Source: Escherichia coli (GTDB lineage Bacteria > Pseudomonadota > Gammaproteobacteria > Enterobacterales > Enterobacteriaceae). Taken from it: DNA of 64,000 nucleotides. The notes under the pieces were generated by a model that made no database searches, was not told the DNA's origin, and saw only the letters and a program-made list of their open reading frames with translations. The stretch lies in NCBI RefSeq assembly GCF_003018255.1, contig NZ_CP027440.1; one strand, given 5' to 3'. The position numbers were made by a program, and so were the translations under genes. How positions within the stretch are numbered: the first letter of the stretch is position 1; every line of letters begins with the position of its first letter. This document shows positions 25,993-36,493 of this stretch, in pieces.

Positions 25993-27018
25993 GTGATGCC
26001 TCAATCTCTCCCGGACACTACGCCGCCGAAAAGGCGTTTTCGCTGGCCAACAGGAATGCCGCAGCTGGCGGCACTGTTGCTGGTGCTGCTGGTCGATAGC
26101 CTGGTGGCCCCGCATTTCTGGCAGGTGGTGCTTCAGGATGGGCGTTTGTTCGGTAGCCCTATCGACATTCTTAACCGTGCGGCCCCCGTTGCGCTACTGG
26201 CGATTGGCATGACGCTGGTTATCGCCACCGGTGGGATTGATCTCTCCGTAGGGGCGGTGATGGCTATCGCCGGAGCCACAACGGCTGCGATGACGGTCGC
26301 GGGATTCAGCCTGCCGATTGTTTTGTTAAGCGCCCTGGGCACTGGCATCCTGGCAGGATTGTGGAACGGCATACTGGTAGCGATCCTCAAAATTCAGCCG
26401 TTTGTCGCCACCCTGATCCTGATGGTCGCCGGGCGCGGTGTGGCGCAACTGATCACCTCCGGACAGATCGTCACATTTAACTCACCGGATCTCTCCTGGT
26501 TCGGCAGTGGATCGCTGTTGTTCCTGCCAACGCCAGTCATTATTGCGGTGCTGACGCTTCTCCTGTTCTGGCTGTTGACCCGCAAAACGGCACTGGGGAT
26601 GTTTATCGAAGCCGTTGGTATCAATATTCGGGCGGCAAAAAATGCCGGGGTAAACACGCGAATCATCGTCATGCTCACCTACGTGTTGAGCGGGCTATGT
26701 GCGGCGATTGCGGGCATTATCGTGGCGGCGGATATTCGCGGTGCCGATGCCAATAACGCCGGGTTATGGCTGGAGCTGGACGCCATTCTCGCGGTGGTGA
26801 TTGGCGGCGGATCGCTGATGGGCGGGCGCTTTAACCTGCTGCTTTCGGTGGTGGGGGCGCTGATTATTCAGGGAATGAACACCGGAATTTTGCTTTCTGG
26901 ATTTCCGCCGGAGATGAACCAGGTGGTGAAAGCGGTGGTGGTGCTTTGCGTGCTGATTGTCCAGTCGCAACGCTTTATCAGTCTGATTAAAGGGGTACGT
27001 AACCGTGATAAAACGTAA
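25993..27018 (+). CDS. ytfT: sugar ABC transporter permease YtfT
   Basis: ORF track frame 25972..27018 (TTG); GTG at 25993 after aaggaga SD gives MMPQSLPDT and 341 aa. Confidence 0.8.
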   Translation: MMPQSLPDTTPPKRRFRWPTGMPQLAALLLVLLVDSLVAPHFWQVVLQDGRLFGSPIDILNRAAPVALLAIGMTLVIATGGIDLSVGAVMAIAGATTAAMTVAGFSLPIVLLSALGTGILAGLWNGILVAILKIQPFVATLILMVAGRGVAQLITSGQIVTFNSPDLSWFGSGSLLFLPTPVIIAVLTLLLFWLLTRKTALGMFIEAVGINIRAAKNAGVNTRIIVMLTYVLSGLCAAIAGIIVAADIRGADANNAGLWLELDAILAVVIGGGSLMGGRFNLLLSVVGALIIQGMNTGILLSGFPPEMNQVVKAVVVLCVLIVQSQRFISLIKGVRNRDKT

Positions 27019-28000
27019 TTTGCCACTGATGATCACCATCGGCGTCTTTGTGTTGGGTTATATCTACTGTCTGACCCAGTTTCCCGGTTTTGCTTCCACA
27101 AGAGTGATCTGCAATATCCTGACCGATAATGCCTTTCTTGGGATAATCGCCGTTGGCATGACCTTTGTGATCCTCTCCGGTGGGATCGATCTCTCCGTCG
27201 GTTCGGTGATCGCCTTTACCGGCGTGTTTCTGGCAAAAGTGATTGGCGATTTCGGCCTCTCGCCGCTGCTGGCGTTTCCGCTGGTGTTGGTGATGGGCTG
27301 TGCCTTCGGCGCATTTATGGGGCTTCTGATTGACGCCCTGAAGATCCCGGCGTTTATCATTACTTTGGCAGGAATGTTCTTTTTGCGTGGCGTCAGCTAT
27401 CTCGTTTCGGAAGAGTCGATCCCGATAAACCATCCTGTTTATGACACGCTCTCAAGCCTTGCGTGGAAAATCCCTGGCGGCGGTCGCTTAAGTGCGATGG
27501 GGCTGCTGATGCTGGCGGTGGTGGTTATCGGCATATTCCTCGCGCATCGTACGCGTTTTGGTAATCAGGTGTACGCCATTGGCGGCAACGCAACGTCGGC
27601 GAACCTGATGGGGATTTCCACTCGCAGCACCACTATTCGCATTTATATGCTCTCTACCGGGCTGGCGACACTGGCGGGGATTGTCTTCTCGATTTATACC
27701 CAGGCCGGATATGCGCTGGCGGGCGTAGGTGTGGAACTGGATGCTATCGCCTCAGTGGTAATTGGCGGTACGCTTTTGAGTGGTGGCGTTGGAACGGTAT
27801 TAGGGACGCTTTTTGGCGTGGCGATTCAGGGACTGATTCAGACTTACATAAACTTTGATGGCACGCTGAGCTCATGGTGGACGAAAATCGCCATCGGTAT
27901 TTTGTTGTTTATTTTTATAGCATTACAGCGTGGATTAACGGTGCTGTGGGAGAATCGTCAGAGTTCGCCTGTGACAAGAGTCAACATTGCGCAGCGATAA
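27005..28000 (+). CDS. yjfF: sugar ABC transporter permease YjfF
   Basis: 331-aa polytopic ORF overlapping the ytfT 3' end by 14 bp. Confidence 0.85.
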   Translation: MIKRNLPLMITIGVFVLGYIYCLTQFPGFASTRVICNILTDNAFLGIIAVGMTFVILSGGIDLSVGSVIAFTGVFLAKVIGDFGLSPLLAFPLVLVMGCAFGAFMGLLIDALKIPAFIITLAGMFFLRGVSYLVSEESIPINHPVYDTLSSLAWKIPGGGRLSAMGLLMLAVVVIGIFLAHRTRFGNQVYAIGGNATSANLMGISTRSTTIRIYMLSTGLATLAGIVFSIYTQAGYALAGVGVELDAIASVVIGGTLLSGGVGTVLGTLFGVAIQGLIQTYINFDGTLSSWWTKIAIGILLFIFIALQRGLTVLWENRQSSPVTRVNIAQR

Positions 28001-28032
28001 AAACGCCTCTCCGTGTGGAGAGGCGCAGGAGA

Positions 28033-29031
28033 TTACGCGTCCGGGAACTCACGGATAAAGCGTTCGACATCTTCAACCATATGGTCGTTGCCGACAAAGA
28101 ATGAACGGCGCTGGTGCAGGGTTTCCGGGATGATATCCAGAATACGCTCTTTGCCATCGCTCGCTTTACCGCCTGCTTGTTCCGCCAGGAATGCCATCGG
28201 GTTGCACTCATACAGTAAACGCAGTTTACCGTCCGGGTGGCTGGCGGTGCTTGGGTAGAGATAAATACCGCCTTTCAGCAGGTTACGGTGGAAATCCGCG
28301 ACCAGTGAACCGATATAACGTGAGGTATACGGGCGGTTGGTGGATTTATCTTCTTCCTGGCAGAATTTAATGTACTTCTTCACCCCGTTCGGAAACTTAA
28401 TGTAGTTTCCTTCGTTGATGGAGTAGGTTTTGCCTTTCTCCGGGAAGCGCATCCGTTCCTGGCACAGGCAGAAAACACCCAGCGAAGGATCATAAGTAAA
28501 GGCGTGAACACCGCATCCGGTGGTGTAAACCAGCATAGTAGAGGAGCCGTATACCACGTAACCTGCCGCAACCTGTTTGTTACCAGGCTGGAGGAAATCT
28601 TCTTCCGTTACCGGCGTGCCAACAGGCGTAACGCGGCGGTAGATGGAGAAAATGGTACCGACAGAGACGTTAACATCGATGTTGGACGAGCCATCCAGTG
28701 GGTCCATCAGCACCACGTATTTTGCGTGTTCACAGCCTTCAAAGACGACAATCTCATCTTCTTCTTCAGAGGCAATGCCCGCAACGATATCGCGTGCTTT
28801 CAGTGCGGCTTTCAGTTTCTCATTAGCGAACAGGTCGAGTTTCTGCTGAACCTCGCCCTGCACGTTCTCAGCACCGCTGGCACCCAGGATATCAACCAGT
28901 CCTGCTTTGTTGATATCGCGATGGATAATCTTGGCGCCCAGTTTTATTGCCGACAGCAAAGCAGTGAGCTCACCGGTAGCATGAGAAAACTCGTGCTGCT
29001 TTTCGACAATAAATTCACCTAACGTTTTCAT
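28033..29031 (-). CDS. fbp: fructose-1,6-bisphosphatase class 1
   Basis: ORF 28033..29094; start [12 protein letters not shown] at 29031 gives 332 aa. Confidence 0.9.
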
Positions 29032-29206
29032 AAAACTTTCCCTGCAATGTTTATGGAGTAAAGCGACCGCAACAATCTTAACAAATAATCCCAATGTTGC
29101 GCTCAGGTGAATCGCGCCAGCAAATTACGGATTATCCTGAAATGCGTTTCTCACTTGCCCGACATATGCGTAAAATGAGCGCCAGATTAAAAAAGGATAG
29201 TGACGT

Positions 29207-30580
29207 ATGCGCATTCATATTTTAGGAATTTGTGGCACGTTTATGGGCGGTCTGGCGATGCTGGCGCGCCAGTTAGGCCATGAAGTAACGGGTTCGGACG
29301 CCAATGTGTATCCGCCGATGAGCACCTTACTTGAGAAGCAAGGCATTGAACTGATTCAGGGTTACGATGCCAGCCAGCTCGATCCACAGCCGGATCTGGT
29401 GATTATTGGTAACGCCATGACCCGTGGAAATCCGTGTGTGGAAGCGGTACTGGAAAAAAACATCCCTTATATGTCAGGTCCGCAGTGGCTGCACGATTTT
29501 GTGCTGCGCGACCGCTGGGTGCTGGCCGTTGCCGGTACACATGGCAAAACCACCACCGCGGGAATGGCAACCTGGATTCTGGAACAGTGCGGTTACAAAC
29601 CGGGATTTGTGATCGGCGGTGTGCCGGGGAACTTTGAGGTTTCGGCGCGTCTGGGCGAAAGCGACTTCTTTGTTATCGAAGCGGATGAGTATGACTGCGC
29701 CTTCTTCGACAAACGCTCTAAATTTGTCCATTACTGCCCGCGTACGCTGATCCTCAACAACCTTGAGTTCGATCACGCCGATATCTTTGACGACCTGAAA
29801 GCGATCCAGAAACAGTTCCACCATCTGGTGCGTATCGTTCCGGGGCAGGGCCGTATTATCTGGCCGGAAAATGACATCAACCTGAAACAGACCATGGCGA
29901 TGGGCTGCTGGAGCGAGCAGGAGCTGGTGGGCGAGCAAGGTCACTGGCAGGCGAAAAAGCTGACCACCGATGCTTCCGAATGGGAAGTCTTGCTGGATGG
30001 CGAAAAAGTGGGCGAAGTGAAATGGTCGCTGGTAGGCGAACATAATATGCACAATGGCCTGATGGCGATTGCGGCGGCTCGCCATGTTGGTGTAGCGCCG
30101 GCAGATGCCGCTAACGCGCTGGGTTCGTTTATTAATGCTCGTCGCCGTCTGGAGTTGCGTGGTGAAGCGAATGGTGTGACGGTATATGACGATTTTGCCC
30201 ATCACCCGACGGCGATTCTGGCAACGCTTGCGGCGCTGCGTGGCAAAGTTGGTGGTACGGCGCGCATTATTGCCGTGCTGGAACCGCGCTCAAACACCAT
30301 GAAAATGGGGATCTGCAAAGACGATCTGGCACCTTCATTAGGTCGTGCCGATGAAGTCTTCCTGCTGCAACCGGCGCATATTCCGTGGCAGGTGGCAGAA
30401 GTGGCAGAAGCCTGCGTTCAGCCTGCACACTGGAGCGGCGATGTGGATACGCTGGCAGATATGGTGGTGAAAACCGCTCAGCCGGGCGATCACATTCTGG
30501 TGATGAGTAACGGCGGTTTTGGTGGGATCCATCAGAAACTGCTGGATGGGTTAGCGAAGAAAGCGGAAGCCGCGCAGTAA
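29207..30580 (+). CDS. mpl: UDP-N-acetylmuramate:L-alanyl-gamma-D-glutamyl-meso-diaminopimelate ligase
   Basis: 457-aa ORF, Mur ligase family (GTHGKTTT P-loop). Confidence 0.9.
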   Translation: MRIHILGICGTFMGGLAMLARQLGHEVTGSDANVYPPMSTLLEKQGIELIQGYDASQLDPQPDLVIIGNAMTRGNPCVEAVLEKNIPYMSGPQWLHDFVLRDRWVLAVAGTHGKTTTAGMATWILEQCGYKPGFVIGGVPGNFEVSARLGESDFFVIEADEYDCAFFDKRSKFVHYCPRTLILNNLEFDHADIFDDLKAIQKQFHHLVRIVPGQGRIIWPENDINLKQTMAMGCWSEQELVGEQGHWQAKKLTTDASEWEVLLDGEKVGEVKWSLVGEHNMHNGLMAIAAARHVGVAPADAANALGSFINARRRLELRGEANGVTVYDDFAHHPTAILATLAALRGKVGGTARIIAVLEPRSNTMKMGICKDDLAPSLGRADEVFLLQPAHIPWQVAEVAEACVQPAHWSGDVDTLADMVVKTAQPGDHILVMSNGGFGGIHQKLLDGLAKKAEAAQ

Positions 30581-30586
30581 TTCACA

Positions 30587-30710
30587 GCCTCAGCCTGATA
30601 GAGTGTGTGTAGGCCGGATAAGGCGTTCACGCCGCATCCGGCATTTGAGCATAGTGCCTGATGCGACGCTTGATGCGTCTTATCAGGCCTACAGGTGCAC
30701 CGCATCCGGC
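30587..30710. repeat. REP/BIME cluster between convergent mpl and yjgA
   Basis: At least two full REP units (GTAGGCCGGATAAGGCGTTCACGCCGCATCCGGC; GCCTGATGCGACGCTTGATGCGTCTTATCAGGCCTAC). Confidence 0.7.
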
Positions 30711-30737
30711 AAACCATACTCACATCAACAACGAAAA

Positions 30738-31289
30738 TTACCCTTCGTTTTCCGCTAACTCACGCAGATACTGGAAAATCTGGCGCGCGGATTTCGGCGG
30801 CTTATTCCCTTCTTTCTCTTTCTTCGCGTTACGGATCAGAGTACGCAGTTGCTGACGATCGGCATCGGGCCACAGATTCAATACTTCAGCGATGGCGTCA
30901 TCACCTTGCTCGATCAGACGATCGCGCAGGTTTTCCAGTTTATGGAACAACACCACTTGCTGGTTGTGGCGGTTTTTCAGCTTATCCAGCGCCTGACGAA
31001 TAGGCTCAACATCGCGCTGGCGCAGCATCTTACCGATGAGCTGCAACTGGCGGCGGCGACCTTCCATCTTAATACGCTGGGCGAGCTCAATAGCCGCGCG
31101 CAGATCCGCATCTAACGGGATCTTATCCAGCGCGTTTTTCCCCAGATCAACAATTTCCGCGCCAAGGCGTTTTAGCTCCTCGGCATCGCGTTTAATTTCA
31201 CTTTTACTGACCCAGATAATTTCATCGTCTTCGTCTTCGATGTCATCACCGGGAACGTCGTCGAGCCAGTCTTCGGGCTGCTTAGTCAT
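30738..31289 (-). CDS. yjgA: ribosome-associated protein YjgA (DarP, DUF615)
   Basis: 183-aa highly charged [38 protein letters not shown]. Confidence 0.85.
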   Translation of the reverse strand: MTKQPEDWLDDVPGDDIEDEDDEIIWVSKSEIKRDAEELKRLGAEIVDLGKNALDKIPLDADLRAAIELAQRIKMEGRRRQLQLIGKMLRQRDVEPIRQALDKLKNRHNQQVVLFHKLENLRDRLIEQGDDAIAEVLNLWPDADRQQLRTLIRNAKKEKEGNKPPKSARQIFQYLRELAENEG

Positions 31290-31382
31290 CTCAGGCTCCT
31301 TAAAAAAAGAGGCTAATGTTACCAGTTAAGATGCGCACTGAAAAACGGTTCTCTGTTAGACTTCAGAGAAACTCTCTACATT

Positions 31383-32735
31383 ATGGCACTTGCAATGAAA
31401 GTAATCTCTCAAGTTGAAGCGCAGCGCAAGATTCTGGAAGAAGCAGTTTCGACTGCGCTGGAGTTGGCCTCAGGCAAATCGGACGGTGCAGAAGTTGCCG
31501 TCAGCAAGACCACCGGCATTAGCGTAAGCACGCGTTATGGTGAAGTGGAGAATGTTGAATTCAATAGCGATGGCGCGTTGGGGATCACTGTTTATCACCA
31601 GAACCGCAAAGGTAGCGCATCGTCTACCGATTTAAGCCCGCAGGCCATTGCCCGCACCGTACAGGCGGCGCTAGATATTGCCCGTTATACCTCGCCAGAT
31701 CCCTGTGCCGGCGTGGCAGACAAAGAGCTGCTGGCCTTTGACGCACCGGATCTCGACTTGTTCCACCCTGCGGAAGTTTCCCCGGATGAAGCCATTGAAC
31801 TGGCGGCCCGCGCAGAACAGGCAGCATTGCAGGCGGACAAACGCATCACCAATACCGAAGGTGGCAGCTTTAACAGCCACTACGGTGTCAAAGTTTTTGG
31901 CAACAGCCACGGCATGTTGCAGGGTTACTGCTCTACGCGTCATTCGCTCTCCAGCTGTGTAATTGCCGAAGAAAATGGCGATATGGAGCGTGATTACGCC
32001 TACACCATTGGTCGTGCGATGAGCGATCTGCAAACGCCAGAGTGGGTCGGGGCCGACTGTGCTCGCCGCACTTTATCGCGTCTGTCACCGCGTAAACTCT
32101 CCACCATGAAAGCGCCGGTCATTTTTGCCAATGAAGTGGCAACCGGGCTTTTTGGGCATCTGGTTGGGGCGATAGCGGGTGGATCGGTTTACCGTAAATC
32201 TACCTTCCTGCTGGATTCGCTGGGTAAACAAATTCTGCCGGACTGGCTGACCATTGAAGAGCATCCGCATCTGCTGAAAGGGCTGGCCTCTACGCCATTC
32301 GACAGCGAAGGTGTGCGCACCGAGCGTCGCGATATTATTAAAGATGGCATCCTGACTCAGTGGCTGCTGACCAGCTATTCGGCGCGGAAACTGGGGCTGA
32401 AAAGCACCGGACATGCGGGCGGTATTCACAACTGGCGGATTGCCGGACAAGGGCTAAGCTTCGAACAAATGCTCAAAGAGATGGGCACCGGGCTGGTGGT
32501 GACGGAGCTGATGGGCCAGGGCGTGAGTGCCATTACCGGTGATTATTCCCGTGGTGCAGCGGGCTTCTGGGTAGAGAATGGCGAAATTCAGTATCCGGTT
32601 AGCGAAATCACCATCGCAGGTAATTTAAAAGATATGTGGCGCAATATTGTCACCGTCGGTAACGATATTGAAACACGCAGTAATATACAGTGTGGTTCTG
32701 TGCTGTTGCCGGAGATGAAAATCGCCGGGCAGTAA
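31383..32735 (+). CDS. pmbA: metalloprotease PmbA (TldE)
   Basis: 450-aa ORF, recognised as PmbA. Confidence 0.9.
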
Positions 32736-32914
32736 AAAACTGGCGCGACCTGCCGCGCTATAAACTAAAAAATTACACAAAATCATTCGCACTGCATCGA
32801 GACGGAAAGTGAATGAGGACCGGGGAGCGTACTCGCAGTACGTGACTCGGGCGAATGAGCGTAGCCGTCGATGAGGCAGTGTGAAGGATGAAGTGTAAAT
32901 AAAAAAGGAAGTGA

Positions 32915-33304
<390 letters not shown>

Positions 33305-33314
33305 TTCCTTATTT

Positions 33315-33342
33315 CCCTGTTGCCTGCACTCAGGTAACAGGG
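33315..33342. terminator. stem-loop between convergent cybC and nrdG (weak or bidirectional terminator candidate)
   Basis: TCCCTGTTGCCTG-cact-CAGGTAACAGGGA, 13-bp stem with one mismatch; no clear U-tract. Confidence 0.35.
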
Positions 33343-33348
33343 AACTTA

Positions 33349-33813
33349 TCATCGCAAATGATGCACCACCTGATTGCTGCTGCCGCGCCAGATCAGGGAA
33401 GGGTCTTTTAAATCCTGCACAAATTTGCCGTCGACCAGCACGTTAATCAAATCAACAACCTGCATTTGCGCAGCGTTGAGTTCGTCGAGTTTATAGCCTG
33501 TCCACACCCAGATGTCTTTACCCGGACATTCGGCGCGGATGCGTTGTACCAGTTTCAGAATATCCGGCACGTTTTGCGGATGCAGCGGATCGCCGCCGGA
33601 GAGGGAAATACCCTGGCGTTTGATGCGAGTGTCATTCAGATCGTTAATGATCTGGTCTTCCATTGCTTTGGTAAATGGCTGACCGGAATTTACCCGCCAG
33701 GTGCTTTTGTTATAGCAACCGGGGCATTCATGAACACACCCGGAGACAAACAGGGTGCAGCGAGTGCCGGGGCCGTTGACGATGTCGACAGGATAGTACT
33801 GATGATAATTCAT
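33349..33813 (-). CDS. nrdG: anaerobic ribonucleoside-triphosphate reductase activating protein (radical SAM)
   Basis: 154-aa ORF with CxxxCxxC-type radical-SAM cysteines (GCVHECPGC). Confidence 0.9.
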   Translation of the reverse strand: MNYHQYYPVDIVNGPGTRCTLFVSGCVHECPGCYNKSTWRVNSGQPFTKAMEDQIINDLNDTRIKRQGISLSGGDPLHPQNVPDILKLVQRIRAECPGKDIWVWTGYKLDELNAAQMQVVDLINVLVDGKFVQDLKDPSLIWRGSSNQVVHHLR

Positions 33814-33863
33814 TATTTCGCCTGGCTTATCAGTCCGCGTGTAGGCTGCATCCAGTAATCAAC

Positions 33864-33947
<84 letters not shown>

Positions 33948-33970
33948 ATTTGCTTAACGCAGAGTGAAGA

Positions 33971-36109
33971 TTAACCTATCTGCCCATTCCCCAAATGTTT
34001 AACGCGGCGCTTAACTTCTTCCTGCTTACCGGCGTTAAATGGACGTGCATCCGGGCTACCTAAATATCCGCACACGCGGCGAGTCACCGACACACGGGAG
34101 GCGTCATGGTTACCACATTTCGGACAAGTGAAGCCTTTGCTGGTGCACTCGAACTCACCGGTAAAGCCACACTCGTAGCACTCATCGATCGGCGTATTGG
34201 TGCCGTAATACGGTACATGCTGATAGCTGTAATCCCAGACATCTTCCAGCGCCTTCAGGTTGTGCTGAATGTTTGGATACTCGCCGTAGCAAATGAAACC
34301 ACCGTTCGCCAGCGGCGGGTAAGGCGCTTCAAAGTCGATCTTGTCATACGGGTTCACCTTTTTCTCCACATCAAGGTGGAAACTGTTGGTGTAGTAACCT
34401 TTATCGGTCACGCCCGGCACCACGCCAAACTCAGCGGTATCGAGACGGCAGAAGCGGTCGCACAGGTTTTCACTTGGCGTGCTGTAGAGACTGAAACCAT
34501 AACCCGTTTCTTCTTTCCACTGATCCACCGCCTGACGCAGACGCTCAACAATCGCAATACCTTTCGCGCGCAGCTGCTCGTTGTCGTAAACATGCTCGCC
34601 GCCGAACAGCGCGTTAATGGTTTCGTGGATGCCGATGTAACCCAGCGAAATAGACGCACGACCGTTTTTGAAGATTTCAGAAACGTCGTCGTCAGCATTC
34701 AGACGCACGCCACAAGCACCTTCCATATAGAGGATCGGGGCCACGCGCGCTTTCACGCCTTCGAGACGAGCGATACGGGTCATCAACGCCTTACGTGCCA
34801 GCACCAGACGTTCATCCAGCAGCTTCCAGAAGGTGGCTTCATCGCCTTTTGCCTCCAGAGCAATACGCGGCAGGTTCAGGCTGATCACGCCGAGGTTGTT
34901 ACGACCATCGTGGATCTGCTCGCCGTTTTCATTTTCCCACACGCCGAGGAAGCTGCGGCAGCCCATCGGGGTTTTAAACGAACCGGTGACTTTCACTACC
35001 TGATCGTAGTTCAGGATATCCGGATACATGCGCTTGCTTGCGCACTCCAGCGCCAGCTGTTTGATGTCGTAGTTCGGATCGCCTTTTTTATGGTTCAGGC
35101 CATCGCGAATCGCAAACACCAGTTTCGGGAACACCGCCGTTTTACGGTTTTTACCGAGGCCGGCGATACGGTTACGCAGGATAGATTCCTGAATCAGGCG
35201 CGACTCCCAGCTGGTGCCCAGACCAAAACCAAAGGTTACAAACGGCGTTTGACCGTTGGCGGTGTGCAGGGTGTTTACTTCGTACTCCAGCGACTGGAAG
35301 GCATCGTAGCACTCTTTGATGGTACGAGAGTTAGCGTAGCCTTCGGCGTCCGGGATGTTCCACTCTTCTGCGGTCTTGCGATGTTTGTTGTAGCTGGCGG
35401 TGACAAACGGTGCCAGCACTTCATCGATACGGTTAATGGTGGTGCCGCCATAAATATGGCTGGCGACCTGGGCAATAATCTGCGCAGTTACCGCGGTTGC
35501 CGTAGAGATCGACTTCGGCGGTTCAATCTCGGCGTTCCCCATTTTAAAGCCCTGGGTCAGCATGCCTTTCAGGTCGATCAACATGCAGTTGAACATCGGG
35601 AAGAACGGTGAGTAATCGAGATCGTGATAGTGAATATCACCACGTTCATGTGCCTGCACCACGTCACGCGGCAGCAGGTGCTGGCGTGCATAGTGTTTAG
35701 CCACAATCCCGGCCAGCAGGTCGCGCTGGGTTGGAATCACCTTGCTGTCTTTGTTGGCGTTTTCGTTGAGCAACGAGGCGTTGGTCTGCTCAACCAGACC
35801 ACGGATCTCCTGATTCAGGCGACCGCGTTTTTCACGTTCAATGTCGCGATCGTGACGGTACTCGATGTAAGCACGAGCCAGTTGTTTGTATGGACCCGAC
35901 ATAAGCTGGTTTTCAACGGCGGTCTGGATCTCGTTGATATCCACCTGGCTGCGGCCCTGCATCTGCTCGCTGACAACCGCGGCAACAGTGGCGCAATAAT
36001 CTGCATCATCGACTTCCGCTGCTTTAGCTGCACGCAGAATCGCTTCTTTGATGCGCTCTGATTTAAACGGCACTTTGCAGCCGTCTCGTTTCATCACATG
36101 CGGTGTCAT
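33971..36109 (-). CDS. nrdD: anaerobic ribonucleoside-triphosphate reductase (class III)
   Basis: 712-aa ORF with ATP-cone N-terminus and C-terminal glycyl-radical motif region. Confidence 0.95.
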   Translation of the reverse strand: MTPHVMKRDGCKVPFKSERIKEAILRAAKAAEVDDADYCATVAAVVSEQMQGRSQVDINEIQTAVENQLMSGPYKQLARAYIEYRHDRDIEREKRGRLNQEIRGLVEQTNASLLNENANKDSKVIPTQRDLLAGIVAKHYARQHLLPRDVVQAHERGDIHYHDLDYSPFFPMFNCMLIDLKGMLTQGFKMGNAEIEPPKSISTATAVTAQIIAQVASHIYGGTTINRIDEVLAPFVTASYNKHRKTAEEWNIPDAEGYANSRTIKECYDAFQSLEYEVNTLHTANGQTPFVTFGFGLGTSWESRLIQESILRNRIAGLGKNRKTAVFPKLVFAIRDGLNHKKGDPNYDIKQLALECASKRMYPDILNYDQVVKVTGSFKTPMGCRSFLGVWENENGEQIHDGRNNLGVISLNLPRIALEAKGDEATFWKLLDERLVLARKALMTRIARLEGVKARVAPILYMEGACGVRLNADDDVSEIFKNGRASISLGYIGIHETINALFGGEHVYDNEQLRAKGIAIVERLRQAVDQWKEETGYGFSLYSTPSENLCDRFCRLDTAEFGVVPGVTDKGYYTNSFHLDVEKKVNPYDKIDFEAPYPPLANGGFICYGEYPNIQHNLKALEDVWDYSYQHVPYYGTNTPIDECYECGFTGEFECTSKGFTCPKCGNHDASRVSVTRRVCGYLGSPDARPFNAGKQEEVKRRVKHLGNGQIG

Positions 36110-36270
36110 GATCGCTCCATATTTTTAAGAACAGGTTATCCACAGAAATTGGGAAAGGTGTTTTCCGGTTTTTTCGTTTCGTTTTCCGGCGCTTTCCGCA
36201 ATCGCCATCCGCTTATCCACAACGCCGCACCTTTTTCGTGGGGAGTTGTAGTAGCAATTATAGTCGATTA

Positions 36271-36317
36271 ATACAACATATTGGGTCGGGACGCATTTTA
36301 AAGTCTATATATAGTGC
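36271..36317 (-). promoter_or_regulatory. two NrdR-box-like 16-mers (36271-36286 and 36302-36317) spanning the predicted nrdDG promoter
   Basis: ATACAACATATTGGGT and AGTCTATATATAGTGC, each about 13/16 to my remembered NrdR-box consensus acaCwAtATaTwGtgt, spaced 31 bp start-to-start; -10-like TAAAAT (minus strand) at 36295-36300. Confidence 0.4.
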
Positions 36318-36358
36318 TTTGCATCAAGGATGTTTGAACTTTTTTTGATGTAGCTCAA
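36314..36358 (-). promoter_or_regulatory. tandem FNR sites (36314-36327 and 36345-36358) of the nrdDG promoter
   Basis: TTGATgtagCTCAA (9/10 to TTGAT-N4-ATCAA) and gtgctTTGCATCAA (perfect right half); centres 31 bp apart, matching the -64.5/-33.5 FNR architecture I recall for nrdDG. Confidence 0.5.
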
Positions 36359-36440
36359 AGTAAAAAGCAGAGCGTACGGATGACGGGCGCTACAGCGTTA
36401 TGTAAATTTTTTAATGAATTTTTTGATTATAAAATCAACA

Positions 36441-36471
36441 TGCTGAAAGGCAAAACCCCGGAATGACCAGT
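36441..36471 (-). terminator. intrinsic terminator after treC
   Basis: On minus strand CCCCGG-taatactggtcatt-CCGGGG followed by TTTTG. Confidence 0.55.
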
Positions 36472-36493
36472 ATTACCGGGGCTTAGCGGATAC

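Noticed and set aside
34106-35611. 501-aa plus-strand ORF
   Set aside because: Antisense to nrdD; no SD or promoter context; composition unlike real proteins.
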